IMG/VR virus record: IMGVR_UViG_3300018481_000023
Coordinates: 485 to 64,484 of that record
Length of the DNA: 64,000 nucleotides
Origin: a virus
Lineage: Duplodnaviria > Caudoviricetes
Reading direction: 5' to 3' (one strand)
The position numbers and the translations under genes are program-made. The notes under the pieces are model-generated. The model did not search any database and was not told the origin of the DNA. It worked only from the letters and a program-made list of their open reading frames with translations. This document shows positions 46,256 through 55,915 of this stretch, one piece after another; the first letter of the stretch is position 1; every line of letters begins with the position of its first letter.

Positions 46256-47359
46256 TTAACTGATGTGGGCGATACCCGTCTGACCATCACCGTTTGCACG
46301 GATCCGCGGCAGTTGGATAGCGAACAGCTTGAAGTTGTGCTGGAACCCGGCATGCGAATCCCACTCAACCAACGTCGGCGGAAGGCCGTCGATGATCTCG
46401 ATCACGTCCGAGGTCATCTGCACCAAGAGGGCGCCGGCAACGAGCTTCGTGGTGAAGACCACTCGCGCGATGCCATCAACAGCCTCGATCCTCTGCAGGA
46501 TCGTATCGTCCGATTCCACCTTGTAGTCTTCCGCGAAGTGCGAAGCGTACTGCCGAGCAACAAAGAGGGTGTATGGACCCTCCATGAAGTTCGGAGACAA
46601 CGCCAAGGCGTCGACCATGCGACGAACGTCGGAAACGATAACCGACCCCGCTGCAGTAAGCCAACCCGGGGCAGTCATCGTCAGGAGCTTACGACTTGGA
46701 TGATTCGTAAGTCCATAGATGGTGCCGCCGGCAATCGTGAGGCCGGTGAAGATCGTCCGTTCGACCAGTTCCGCCACCTTGCGAGTAGCGACCTGTGCGT
46801 GCGTCGTCTCGATGTTACGACCACTGCGACGTGCAGCTTCCAGATGCCGGAGGTTGTAGAAGAACTCCTTGTGGAAGATCGGAATCGGCATGGAAGTCGA
46901 AACGAACTCCAGTCGATCCTTGGTCGCTTCGACGAGTCCGGACATCGTGACCTCGGCGTCAACCAGGTCGCCCTTCTCCATTTCCCAATCAAGGGTCATG
47001 GTGCCAAGAGCATTCGGTAGTTCATACCGAAGTCCTGCCGAGAGGAGCATCTGGGTGATCGCCAGACGTTCACGAGCCGTCTGCATGACGACGCGGTCGA
47101 ATTGAACCCATTCGTCACGCATAAGCGTTCCGTAAGGGTTGATGCGCAGACCATCTCCGAAATGGCCGTTGACGGACAGATGTGGTTCCGCAGGATTCGC
47201 AGGACCGTCAAGCGTCTGCCGAAGCACGGAAACGTTGAAGTTCCCCTGAATCAGTCGTTTGCCTGCAGATCCACCGAGGACCGACTGAGCACCATTGGCG
47301 CCAGCAAAACCAATCTGGGCGGGACCCATTTCGAGGCCGCCGGTAGGTTCGTAGTTCAT
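46256..47359 (-). CDS. major capsid protein (HK97 fold, linocin-like family)
   Basis: TLMRDEW...D..V, PIPIFHKEF...R.LEAAR, IYGLTNHP, GPY.L, P.IR. Confidence 0.87.
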   Translation of the reverse strand: MNYEPTGGLEMGPAQIGFAGANGAQSVLGGSAGKRLIQGNFNVSVLRQTLDGPANPAEPHLSVNGHFGDGLRINPYGTLMRDEWVQFDRVVMQTARERLAITQMLLSAGLRYELPNALGTMTLDWEMEKGDLVDAEVTMSGLVEATKDRLEFVSTSMPIPIFHKEFFYNLRHLEAARRSGRNIETTHAQVATRKVAELVERTIFTGLTIAGGTIYGLTNHPSRKLLTMTAPGWLTAAGSVIVSDVRRMVDALALSPNFMEGPYTLFVARQYASHFAEDYKVESDDTILQRIEAVDGIARVVFTTKLVAGALLVQMTSDVIEIIDGLPPTLVEWDSHAGFQHNFKLFAIQLPRIRANGDGQTGIAHIS

Positions 47360-47372
47360 GGCGTACCCCTTT

Positions 47373-47795
47373 CTATGCTACGAGGACACGCAGGCGAACG
47401 GCTGAGCCACCACCTGAGTTGTCCACGGCTTGGCGAGCCTTGCCGATTGCAGTCGCCAGCGTGCCTTTTGCGACACATCCGCCAGTGACCAGGGAAATCG
47501 GATCGCCGAATGCAATGGCTGGTGCCGCTGCCGGAACCAGAGCCATAAATTCGCAACCCGCGCGGAGATGCTGGTAGATGACACGATCGTTGATGGCATA
47601 GGCATCATCGAGGCCTTTGCCGAAAATGTCATTTTCCACAGCCACCGTGATGGGCGTAACGATGTCCACCGCGGTGTTCTTGATTGCCTTAGCCAAGTTG
47701 TTGAGTGCAACAACGTGACCAGGCGTAATAGCCTCTGCTGCGTCCGCCTCATTATAGACGGGTTTGTCAGGGCCGATGACTACGACGCGAAGCAT
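47373..47795 (-). CDS. capsid decoration / cement protein
   Basis: AAEAITPGH, VAVEND..GK.LDDAY, A.QAVDNS; between protease and MCP. Confidence 0.75.
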   Translation of the reverse strand: MLRVVVIGPDKPVYNEADAAEAITPGHVVALNNLAKAIKNTAVDIVTPITVAVENDIFGKGLDDAYAINDRVIYQHLRAGCEFMALVPAAAPAIAFGDPISLVTGGCVAKGTLATAIGKARQAVDNSGGGSAVRLRVLVA

Positions 47796-47819
47796 GCTTC
47801 GTCTCCTTCTAGCCTAGCC

Positions 47820-49469
47820 TTAGGCGTTGCCTGCCGGCGCGGGCATGAGGTAGTTGCGATCGACGCTCATATATGGCGACGGAGGCGTACCACCCGCGTT
47901 GATGGAAAGGGGCTCAAAGCCTGCACCCTGACCTTCGTAGGTCGGGACATCGGCAAGAGCGGCGAGATTCTCCAGCACCGGAATGTCGAAGCCGTTCAGC
48001 TCTTCTTCGCTGAACTTGTTCCGCGCATTCGCCTTTATGCTGTTCACCAGAACGGTCTTCTTCTGGTCGCGGAGCCCGATGGCTTCCGTCAACACGCCAC
48101 GGAGAGCATCCGGAACGGATTTAAGGAACACGTCGAGCGTCGGGGCCGCTTCAACAGTGGGAGCAGGGGCCGACTGACCGGATTCCTGCGTGCCTTCTGC
48201 CGGCGCGGCGGCGGAGGGAGCGAGCCCCTCCTGACCGGATTTTGCGGTCATAGCACCTACCTCTTCAGTTGTGGGACCCGAATTTACATCGACCGCCTGA
48301 CGAGGAAGAATCTTCGTCATTAGGTTCACCGGCTCGGGGTCACCGGTGAAAGTAACCTTGCCCTCATCGGACACGGAATACTTGATCTGGTTGAATCCTT
48401 TGAACGCGTCATTGCCGTAGCAATAGAACACCGCGGAATCGGTCGTCATCGCCATAACGTCGACCTGCCACGATTCGACGCCCAACCTTTCAGGAAGGGC
48501 CTGATACACAGCCCGGCGGGCGTCATCAAGTGTAACCTCACCGCCCAACGCCTGGGCCGCTAGACCTTGGAGAGTTGTCAACCTCTCCCCGGCGATCTCT
48601 TCTTGATGAGCGGCCACTAACGCGAGGGCGGCCGGCTCACTAGCCTCTGCAGCAATCGGCGGTGTCGTGCCCGGCGACGGGGCCGGATCTGAGGGCACTG
48701 GATTGCTGGGCGCCGGTGAAGGCGTTGGAGTTGGTGTCGGCGTGGGCGTAGGGGTGCCCTGAGCTGCCGTTGGTTCTGCGGAGGTGTTCATGCAAGGATC
48801 TCCTTGTGCACATGCGTCGCAGCAAGGAGGAGTACCCACGAGACGGATCTCTGGATGGGCTTCCAAAACCTGGAGACTGGATTGTGCGACGCGGTTCGTA
48901 CCACACCCGTCAGCTATTGTGCACGCACCTTGCTGATTGGGCAGGATGGCGAGATGGTCGGGAACAACATTCTCCCAACGCTGTGAAAAAGCTTTGCCTG
49001 CGTGGACACCTGGATTGAACCTAGTGTCCATAAAAATACCGACGGAGACATCAATGACTTCGCCGGAGTTGATGCGGTCTAGCGTTTCCTGGAACCTACC
49101 GTTGAGGGTAGCGACTCTGGCGTTATCGATCCACGCCTCCGTCTTGAGCTTCTTGTCCTCCACCTTGGTGTTGAACATGTAGCCCATGTTCCAGTCTTCA
49201 AAAATCTGCGGGTGATTCGCCGAGACGAATATACCGGACACTTGGGGATGTCCCAGGACGATAGGGCGGCCGTCCCACGCAGATGGGTATTTGCCGAACT
49301 CGTTCGCCGCAGCAAACTCAGGCTCGGTGGAATTGACTCCTTGGAGCACGCCTTCAACAATGGCGATGACCGGTACAACAGTGTACTCACGACCCTGCAT
49401 GGTCTCGGTGCGGACTTTAGCGGTATCCGCAGCCCCCACCATCAAAGTCATGACACGGTTGAGGTCCAT
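47820..49469 (-). CDS. prohead protease / scaffold (DUF2213-like)
   Basis: VVPVIAIVEGVL, WDGRPIVLGHP, DVSVG, PDHLAILP...GAC...DGCG; PT linker; start moved to 49469, downstream of the promoter. Confidence 0.82.
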   Translation of the reverse strand: MDLNRVMTLMVGAADTAKVRTETMQGREYTVVPVIAIVEGVLQGVNSTEPEFAAANEFGKYPSAWDGRPIVLGHPQVSGIFVSANHPQIFEDWNMGYMFNTKVEDKKLKTEAWIDNARVATLNGRFQETLDRINSGEVIDVSVGIFMDTRFNPGVHAGKAFSQRWENVVPDHLAILPNQQGACTIADGCGTNRVAQSSLQVLEAHPEIRLVGTPPCCDACAQGDPCMNTSAEPTAAQGTPTPTPTPTPTPSPAPSNPVPSDPAPSPGTTPPIAAEASEPAALALVAAHQEEIAGERLTTLQGLAAQALGGEVTLDDARRAVYQALPERLGVESWQVDVMAMTTDSAVFYCYGNDAFKGFNQIKYSVSDEGKVTFTGDPEPVNLMTKILPRQAVDVNSGPTTEEVGAMTAKSGQEGLAPSAAAPAEGTQESGQSAPAPTVEAAPTLDVFLKSVPDALRGVLTEAIGLRDQKKTVLVNSIKANARNKFSEEELNGFDIPVLENLAALADVPTYEGQGAGFEPLSINAGGTPPSPYMSVDRNYLMPAPAGNA

Positions 49470-49500
49470 TGCGCTCGCGAAATCCTTTCCTATATGACCC

Positions 49501-49555
49501 ATTATATTGGTAACTCTATGGACAGTCAAGTGGTCCATCAAGGAATCTTTGGGTC
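49501..49555 (-). promoter_or_regulatory. sigma70-like promoter for the capsid genes
   Basis: TTGACT-17nt-TATAAT with GACCCAAAGATTCC upstream. Confidence 0.75.
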
Positions 49556-49888
49556 CTAATTGAGCTCCCTAATGTTCAGGTATCTCACAGTGACTAGTGT
49601 ACGCGGAGGAGCTGAAGTAGTAACAACCTTGTTCTCCAGCTTATATTGGCTCCCGAGGGTACCCCCTTCAAGCCAGACCGACGTAAACTCACCACCCTCG
49701 GCAATACCTGGAACCGAATCAACTAGGGTCTCATCGGGACCAAAGATCTCCCACACAGACGTTGATACCATTTCACCTTCCGAGAGTGAGGAGCGCCAAT
49801 CGAGGGTATAAAGCCTCTTCTCCTCCGGATGCTTGTTCGGAAAAGTATCCATGTGTCGCTGGGGAAGTACATTCGGGAACGGATCCAT
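49556..49888 (-). CDS. fibre adaptor-like beta-sandwich protein
   Basis: KHPEEKRLYTLDW...SVW.....SVWLEGGT.G..Y...N.V.T....RT; TAGGAGG RBS. Confidence 0.65.
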   Translation of the reverse strand: MDPFPNVLPQRHMDTFPNKHPEEKRLYTLDWRSSLSEGEMVSTSVWEIFGPDETLVDSVPGIAEGGEFTSVWLEGGTLGSQYKLENKVVTTSAPPRTLVTVRYLNIRELN

Positions 49889-49897
49889 TGGGGCCTC

Positions 49898-52800
49898 CTA
49901 ATGCGCGTGAGTGGTTGTGTTTTGTCTGGGAGCGATGAGGGTATCGTCTCGTCCTCCACCGCTTCCAAGAACATCCGCCGATATCGTAACAGGGGCGTCG
50001 TCTGCTTCTAAGAACGCGGGCATCTTGATAACCTCTAGTATCTCCGGGATCCGATTCGCGAATAATCCCAATCCAGGATCAGTAGCGGTCTGTGGTCCTT
50101 GACCAGTAGCCAGAAGCAGCACATTACCGAAGTTAGTGTCGACACTGCCGTAGATCTCACCCATGATGGCTGAGACGGATGTGGCCTCCTCTAGGGTTAC
50201 GTTCAGCGTGGCTCTAATCTCTGTGGCCGAAGCCGTGACTAGTGTTAGCTCACCTAGGGTGGCGGTGAGGCCAGCGCCGAGTGCAAGCTTGGCAGAGGAA
50301 GATACCAACAACTCCTGCAGGGTCGCAGGCACCTGAGCTGTCAGTGCTAGGGTGGCACTGGCAATAGAGGTAGCCATGTCCAGCGTAGTATTGGTCTGCC
50401 CCGAGACTTGAGCACCACTTGATGCGGCAAGAGTTAGGGGGGCTAGTGTGGCAGAGCCCGTAGCAGTGAGGGCTAGATAGCTTACACCTGCAGACAGCAG
50501 TGTCCCTAGCTGGGCATTTACTGTAGCCGAACCTGCTAGTTGAGTTAACGTGCCGTTGGCGGTAGCCGTTAGAGCATCTAACGAGGGGGCAGCACTTCCC
50601 TTGATAGAAGAGGTCCCTGTACCCGTTGCAGTTAGGGCACTCAGCGTTTGGGAGAGAGTACTCTTCAGCGCCAGCTTGGCACCTGAGGAGAGCAGCATCT
50701 CTGCAAGGGTTTGAGTAGTGGAGGCCTTGAGCGCCAGCGTAGCTATGGAGGCTGAGGTTAGCGGCTCTAGTGTCGCCGCTAGGGTGCTACCGATCTTTAT
50801 CGTGGCCGTAGAAGTAGAAGTCAACGTTCCTAGGGTTGCAGAGACAACACCTGAGCCCTCTACCAATATGGGGACTAGTACGCTCGTGGCATCTAGGACT
50901 AGTACTCCTAGTGTCTGTGCCGAAGACCCTGCAAGGGCTATCTTAGCCTGTGAAGCTGCAGTAAGAGGATCAAGCGAGACCCCCAGTGTTCCCGATAGAG
51001 GCGGACGAGTAGTTGTTGACGCCGCTGTGAGAGGGTCTAGAGCCTTGGAGAGGGTGCCTACAAGAGGTAGCTTACCAACACCGGCTCCAGTGAACGGATC
51101 GAGAGTAACCCCTAACGTGCCCCCGATTGGCGGGCGTGTTGTAGTCGACGCCAGAACGAGTGGATCTAGGGTCTTAGAGAAAGTGCCTACTAGAGGCAGC
51201 TTGCCAACGCCAGCTCCGGTAAGCAGGTCTAACGTTTGTGCGAGAGTGCCCTTAACCTCCAGTTTGCTCTGCCCGGCACCTGTTAGAGTGCCCAGAGTCT
51301 GTGCGAGTGTGCCCTTGACGAGTAGGTCGGAGTCTCCTAGGACAGTAAGGGGGTCTAGGGTCTTGGAGAAGGTTGCCACGAGGGCTAGTTTGGATACACC
51401 AGCGCCTGTCAGGGGATCGAGAGTAACTCCCAAGGACCCTACCACAGGGGGTTGGTCTACTATAGTAGCATTAGCTGCAAGGGTGAGTGGATCTAACGTC
51501 TTTGCGGAAGTAGCTACTAGGGGCAGCTTGCCTTGGCCCGCTCCAGTAAGGGGATCTAGGGTCTGAGCGAGAGTACCCTTGAGAGGTAGATCAGTATCTC
51601 CCAGAGCAGTGAGAGGATCTAGGGTTTTAGCGAGGGTAGCAGCGAGGGCCAGCTTGGACTGTGCAGCCCCAGTGAGAGGGTCGAGTGTTTGTGCTGAGGT
51701 AGCCTTCAGAGCCAATGTGGATGTGCCCGCACCCGTTAAGGCATCGAAGGTAGCGTTCAGAGAGCCTAGGATTGTTACACCTAGCGTAGAGGCTAGGGTC
51801 AGGGCGTCAAGGCCAGTAGTCAATGTACCTACTATGGCAGGTAATGATACGGCCTGGACTTCGACCTGGGGCATAACACTATTTGTGAGAACCCCGATGT
51901 CGGAACCGGTCTCAACCAGACGGAAGGAGATAATATCGTCGGGACTAGTATCCGCTATCTGAAGCTGGAGGGAAAAGACTAGTTCGGTATACCCATTGAC
52001 ATTGGTGATAGCTGGCCCAGCTATACCATCACCTTCATCAGCTACGCCGTTGTTAAATGTCCCAGTGCCTCCAGTAAGACGTGCTGCTGTTAGCGCGGCG
52101 CCGTCAGTAAAATTCGCAGAGGCAAAAGGCCGTACCATCGCAGACGAAGCATTGACATCATTCCAGCTTATGCCGTAAAAGTATTGCAACTGTACCGAAG
52201 AGGAGGAGAACGTAACCCCCGACGTCATCTGCAAACGGTAACGAAGCTGAAAGGTAGGCGCACTCTCATAGCGGAAGATGGGGACCCCTTGAGCCTCGAT
52301 CGCAGTTGAGCTGGCAAGTGGCCCATCTTCGTAGAATTGGTAGGCTGCAACGCTTACGGCTGCACCGACAGATACCTCCCAAGTGATACGAAGCTGACCA
52401 CGCCCGCCTGCACCCGATGCACCAGACGAAGAACCTCCGCCGCCTCCTCCTCCTCCAGGAGCGCCACCTACTCCGCCCGCGGCCGCAGAAGCACCTCCTC
52501 CTCCGCCTCCTCCGCCACCACCTGCTGCAGCAGCACCTCCGGCTCCGCCAGACGGAGACCCTGAAGCCGCCATGCCTGTGCCTGTATCATCAAGGCCGCC
52601 CGCGCCACCTCCGCCTCCCGCGGCACTGCTCCCTTGATTGCCTTGCGGGCCAGCACCGTTAACACCCGGAGCTCCGCTACCTCCTGTGCCTCCTCGGCCG
52701 CCGCCGCCACCCTGAGCTGCTACACCGGCTGTACCCGCCCGAACAATAGTACCTAAACAATTAGCAGCTGCTCCCGCAGTCTGGTTATTAGCGCTGTCTG

Positions 52801-53653
52801 CGAGACACCCGTCTGTTGCCGACGTGGGCGCACTGTTGGTATTCTTCCGAACCCAGCAGTCGGATGGAGCTGCTCCGTTATATGTCTGCCCAGCAGGGAC
52901 GTTGTAGTAGAAAACATCTCCATTGGCACAAGGTATAATGTTAAATGCATGGGCTCCAGAGGCTCCTCCAGCCTTCTGTGCGGCCAAAGTTGCTGTTGAA
53001 CCGCCTGCGCCCCAACATTCAAACTGTACCGCCGTAGTTCCAGCGGGTGGGTCGTTTCCACCAGCTCCGCCGACTGTAATTGATCCTGCTCCAGTCGCAG
53101 TAATCGTCTTGACAGTCGTGGCGGCTGCCGACTGAACCAAAAGATAGGGGCGATTTGAAGTGGCCTCACTGGCTGCTACTGTAGTGACAACCTGAATGGC
53201 GGCGGTATCTGTTCGCTGGTTTGGGCAATGACACATTAGCCCCCAAGAGGAAGATACTGGGACACTGGTTATCGAGCCTGATGCATATCCATTTCCCGGC
53301 ATCGAGATAGTAGTGACCAATGGTAGAGAAGCAAGTGCAGAACCTGCCCGGAAGTTATTGCTGCCAGAACCGCTCCAAGAAAATTCGCGTACCTCAACAA
53401 TACTGGCACCAGACTTGACCGACGAGTAGAAGAGAGTCCCAGCTCCCTCGCCAACGAGCGACGACGTGTTGTAGTGTTGAAACGTCTGGTGAATAAGCCA
53501 CGGAGCGGAGGAGGCTATGCCGATATTAAAACCTGTGCCTCCAGTGAAAACCTGCAGGGTTCCCGCACCCTCACGCGCAGTGGCGAAGACAGTGTCCGAG
53601 CAGCTGACCCAGTAGTCGTCCGTGTTTGGGTAGAAGATATACTTCAGACCCAT
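49898..53653 (-). CDS. large fibre/scaffold protein: Gly-rich domain plus ~27 x 21-aa TLDPLT repeats
   Basis: 1251 aa; FECWGAGG and poly-Gly segment; C-terminal tandem repeats. Confidence 0.75.
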   Translation of the reverse strand: MGLKYIFYPNTDDYWVSCSDTVFATAREGAGTLQVFTGGTGFNIGIASSAPWLIHQTFQHYNTSSLVGEGAGTLFYSSVKSGASIVEVREFSWSGSGSNNFRAGSALASLPLVTTISMPGNGYASGSITSVPVSSSWGLMCHCPNQRTDTAAIQVVTTVAASEATSNRPYLLVQSAAATTVKTITATGAGSITVGGAGGNDPPAGTTAVQFECWGAGGSTATLAAQKAGGASGAHAFNIIPCANGDVFYYNVPAGQTYNGAAPSDCWVRKNTNSAPTSATDGCLADSANNQTAGAAANCLGTIVRAGTAGVAAQGGGGGRGGTGGSGAPGVNGAGPQGNQGSSAAGGGGGAGGLDDTGTGMAASGSPSGGAGGAAAAGGGGGGGGGGASAAAGGVGGAPGGGGGGGGSSSGASGAGGRGQLRITWEVSVGAAVSVAAYQFYEDGPLASSTAIEAQGVPIFRYESAPTFQLRYRLQMTSGVTFSSSSVQLQYFYGISWNDVNASSAMVRPFASANFTDGAALTAARLTGGTGTFNNGVADEGDGIAGPAITNVNGYTELVFSLQLQIADTSPDDIISFRLVETGSDIGVLTNSVMPQVEVQAVSLPAIVGTLTTGLDALTLASTLGVTILGSLNATFDALTGAGTSTLALKATSAQTLDPLTGAAQSKLALAATLAKTLDPLTALGDTDLPLKGTLAQTLDPLTGAGQGKLPLVATSAKTLDPLTLAANATIVDQPPVVGSLGVTLDPLTGAGVSKLALVATFSKTLDPLTVLGDSDLLVKGTLAQTLGTLTGAGQSKLEVKGTLAQTLDLLTGAGVGKLPLVGTFSKTLDPLVLASTTTRPPIGGTLGVTLDPFTGAGVGKLPLVGTLSKALDPLTAASTTTRPPLSGTLGVSLDPLTAASQAKIALAGSSAQTLGVLVLDATSVLVPILVEGSGVVSATLGTLTSTSTATIKIGSTLAATLEPLTSASIATLALKASTTQTLAEMLLSSGAKLALKSTLSQTLSALTATGTGTSSIKGSAAPSLDALTATANGTLTQLAGSATVNAQLGTLLSAGVSYLALTATGSATLAPLTLAASSGAQVSGQTNTTLDMATSIASATLALTAQVPATLQELLVSSSAKLALGAGLTATLGELTLVTASATEIRATLNVTLEEATSVSAIMGEIYGSVDTNFGNVLLLATGQGPQTATDPGLGLFANRIPEILEVIKMPAFLEADDAPVTISADVLGSGGGRDDTLIAPRQNTTTHAH
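50110..51840 (-). repeat. ~63-nt degenerate tandem repeat coding G/A-T-L-x-x-T-L-D-P-L-T-x-A-G-x-x-K-L-x-L
   Basis: About 27 units counted by eye in the translation. Confidence 0.8.
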
Positions 53654-54000
53654 TATCTTGGCTCACGTGCCATATCTGGCATTCCTCTGTCCTCCGAGAA
53701 GGAGTAGAAACCAAACCCGGTGTAGAACTTTAGTAACTGTCTCCCTTCCAAAACAAGACCGTTAAACCCGTCTACTGGAGAAGCCAGCAGCTTCAGTATG
53801 ACTCCATGACGATCAGCAGCCTCGCATAGAGCAGCCATCGCTTCGCGTCCTGCACCACGCTGTTCCGCTATGACACGATCAATTACAACAGCGTCCGGAG
53901 ACTCCTTGAGAACTACCTTGCATTTCCCAAGGGATGTCTTCATAGAATCTCCATCCCCGAAGAACTGCCAGAACTCTGAAAAGAAGCCAGCATAGCTCAC
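53653..54000 (-). CDS. GNAT-family acetyltransferase-like protein
   Basis: QRGAGREAMAALCEAADRHGVILKLLA (motif A) and LLKFYTGFGF (motif B). Confidence 0.68.
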   Translation of the reverse strand: MSYAGFFSEFWQFFGDGDSMKTSLGKCKVVLKESPDAVVIDRVIAEQRGAGREAMAALCEAADRHGVILKLLASPVDGFNGLVLEGRQLLKFYTGFGFYSFSEDRGMPDMAREPR

Positions 54001-54347
54001 CGACGGGCATTTTCAAGAAGCATCTTGACCTCTTCCAAGAGTTGTGCAGCGGTCACATCCTCGGGAAGTTCAATAGATCCCAACACGAGAACATCCCGCT
54101 CTGCATCAACTCTAGGACGACTACCGAAAGCCGGACAAGAATAGCGAACAACAAGTGCCGAATGGCCTTCTTTCACCACCTCTCTCATGTCATAGAAGCC
54201 ATCGACCTCGCAGAGCTCATAGTGAGGCCCTGTGACACTTTCACACTGGGTCAGGACATACTTGATGCCCGCACGCTTGTAAGAGAGGTCAAGCAGACCC
54301 TTCCCCGCCTCAGCAAGCCTGTCGAATACTGCCCTGCCCTTCAGCAT
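53997..54347 (-). CDS. hypothetical protein
   Basis: 116 aa, GGGGG RBS, GTGA coupling to the GNAT gene. Confidence 0.6.
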   Translation of the reverse strand: MLKGRAVFDRLAEAGKGLLDLSYKRAGIKYVLTQCESVTGPHYELCEVDGFYDMREVVKEGHSALVVRYSCPAFGSRPRVDAERDVLVLGSIELPEDVTAAQLLEEVKMLLENARR

Positions 54348-54357
54348 GGTCTACCCC

Positions 54358-54759
54358 CTAGGCGTTGGCATCCGTTAGGGTGAAGGACGTGATCGAGAAC
54401 GCTTGGCCGAGGGCGAAGTTGGTGTTGTCCACGATCATATCTGCGCCAGACGTTCCGACAGTACCCTGAAGGTGCTGGGTCGTGCCGTCAGTAGCATAGA
54501 TCCGGAAGTGCTGTGCAACACCGGCCGCATCGGCAGAGTTGTCTGCCCATGAACCAAGCATTGTCTTTGCGCCGGCAGCGGCATCGTTCATCCAGTTCGC
54601 CGGAAGAGCGAGTGTTGCAAGCACAGTACCCGCATCAGCAGCGGCTACGTTAGCAGGCGCTGCTCCTGACCGAATCTTGAGAACAGCCGAAGCGCCGATG
54701 GCAACCTCGATGGCATCGAGGCGCGCATTACGGACAGCAGTGGATAGTTGAATAGCCAT
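54358..54759 (-). CDS. virion structural protein, paralog B (fibre subunit-like)
   Basis: MAIQLSTAVRNARLD...GTVLATL...ADAAG...FRI...QGTVG...TSFTLT; strong RBS. Confidence 0.75.
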   Translation of the reverse strand: MAIQLSTAVRNARLDAIEVAIGASAVLKIRSGAAPANVAAADAGTVLATLALPANWMNDAAAGAKTMLGSWADNSADAAGVAQHFRIYATDGTTQHLQGTVGTSGADMIVDNTNFALGQAFSITSFTLTDANA

Positions 54760-54795
54760 GGTAATCCTTTCCTTCTACCTAGTTTCTATACCTAA

Positions 54796-55197
54796 TTAGC
54801 CGTTGGGCTCGTTAATGGTGAACGCAGTCACTGCGAACTGCTGTCCAACGGAGAAGTTGACGTTGTCAACGGTCATGTCGCCGCCACCACCAGTGGCTGT
54901 GACTGAGCCTTGCACGTGACAAGTCGCTCCCTGATGGATGCGAAAGTGCCCAGCAGCGCCAGCTGCATCAGCAGCGTTGTCCTGCCAGGAACCCAGCATT
55001 CCCTTCGAGGCGTTAGCCGCAACGGCCATCCAGTCCGAGGGCATAGCGATGGTAGCCAACACCGTTCCAGAGTTCGCTGCTGCGCAGTCAGCCGGTTTCA
55101 CTCCCGTACGGATAGTCATGGTTGGTGAAGCGGCAATTGTGGCCTCGATAACATCGAGTCGTGCGTTACGCACCGTCATTGAGAATTGTAGAGCCAT
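54796..55197 (-). CDS. virion structural protein, paralog A (fibre subunit-like)
   Basis: Tandem paralog of 54358..54759, same length; AGGAGG RBS. Confidence 0.75.
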   Translation of the reverse strand: MALQFSMTVRNARLDVIEATIAASPTMTIRTGVKPADCAAANSGTVLATIAMPSDWMAVAANASKGMLGSWQDNAADAAGAAGHFRIHQGATCHVQGSVTATGGGGDMTVDNVNFSVGQQFAVTAFTINEPNG

Positions 55198-55233
55198 ATG
55201 TGCCTCCTGTAAGTGTTATGGTACTGTAGTATC

Positions 55234-55911
55234 CTAGGTTGTGTCGAGTTCCCAACAACAAGCGCCCCACGGCTGCTGTCCTGGAGAAGCGCCCCAGTTG
55301 ATGCCTGTTGCTGTCTCACCTCCATTACGGTACATGAGTTCCCACATCAGGCTCGGTGTGGTGATATTTGCTTCAACATCCTCGGTGTAACCCGCACGGG
55401 CTGAGATAACACCAGCCTGTTGAGCCACAAACCCACCGAAGATAATACTTGCTGGTAGCGGTGAGCTGCTTAGCACCGGACCTGGAACACTGGCAGCAGA
55501 TGTGTTGTTGACCTGTTGCCCTTCAGAACGGTTGGCAAGTGCCCCAACTTTAGTCACTCCCGTAATCCGCCACACAGCAATACCACTGCCCTGGTGGCTG
55601 CTTGCAGTAGATGTAATCGTGATAGATCCTGATCCAGTAACAAAGCTGTCACGGATGTGGAATATGAGTGCCATAGTAGCAGAGGCGTCAGGCCAGGTCG
55701 CGACAGTCGCTGTGTAGGTACCTCCTGCGCTGTCAGTGACAACCTGGTTAGCGGAGACTGTCGAAATCGTGGCTACAACATACGTCTCACCAATCACACG
55801 ACTTGATATAACCAGGGTCTTATCTGTGTCGTTCGTGTCAAAGGTAGTACCAGCGAAAGTAACTACCGCTGGAGCTTTCTGCTTACCGAACAAGGCTTTG
55901 AATGGCATCAT
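55234..55911 (-). CDS. beta-rich fibre tip / receptor-binding-like protein
   Basis: Thr/Ser/Gly-rich, VTDSAGGTYT motif; follows the fibre gene. Confidence 0.6.
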   Translation of the reverse strand: MMPFKALFGKQKAPAVVTFAGTTFDTNDTDKTLVISSRVIGETYVVATISTVSANQVVTDSAGGTYTATVATWPDASATMALIFHIRDSFVTGSGSITITSTASSHQGSGIAVWRITGVTKVGALANRSEGQQVNNTSAASVPGPVLSSSPLPASIIFGGFVAQQAGVISARAGYTEDVEANITTPSLMWELMYRNGGETATGINWGASPGQQPWGACCWELDTT

Positions 55912-55915
55912 CTGC

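Noticed and set aside
46256-47359. Encapsulin/linocin bacteriocin
   Set aside because: Flanked by protease, decoration and neck genes, so it is the major capsid protein
50110-51840. CRISPR array or DGR template/variable repeats
   Set aside because: Repeats are in-frame, degenerate at synonymous positions, have no unique spacers, and no reverse transcriptase is present
46265-51962. Long plus-strand ORFs (46265..47020, 47430..48323, 50718..51566) and 23206..23862 on the minus strand
   Set aside because: Antisense shadows of well-supported genes, without RBS or motifs
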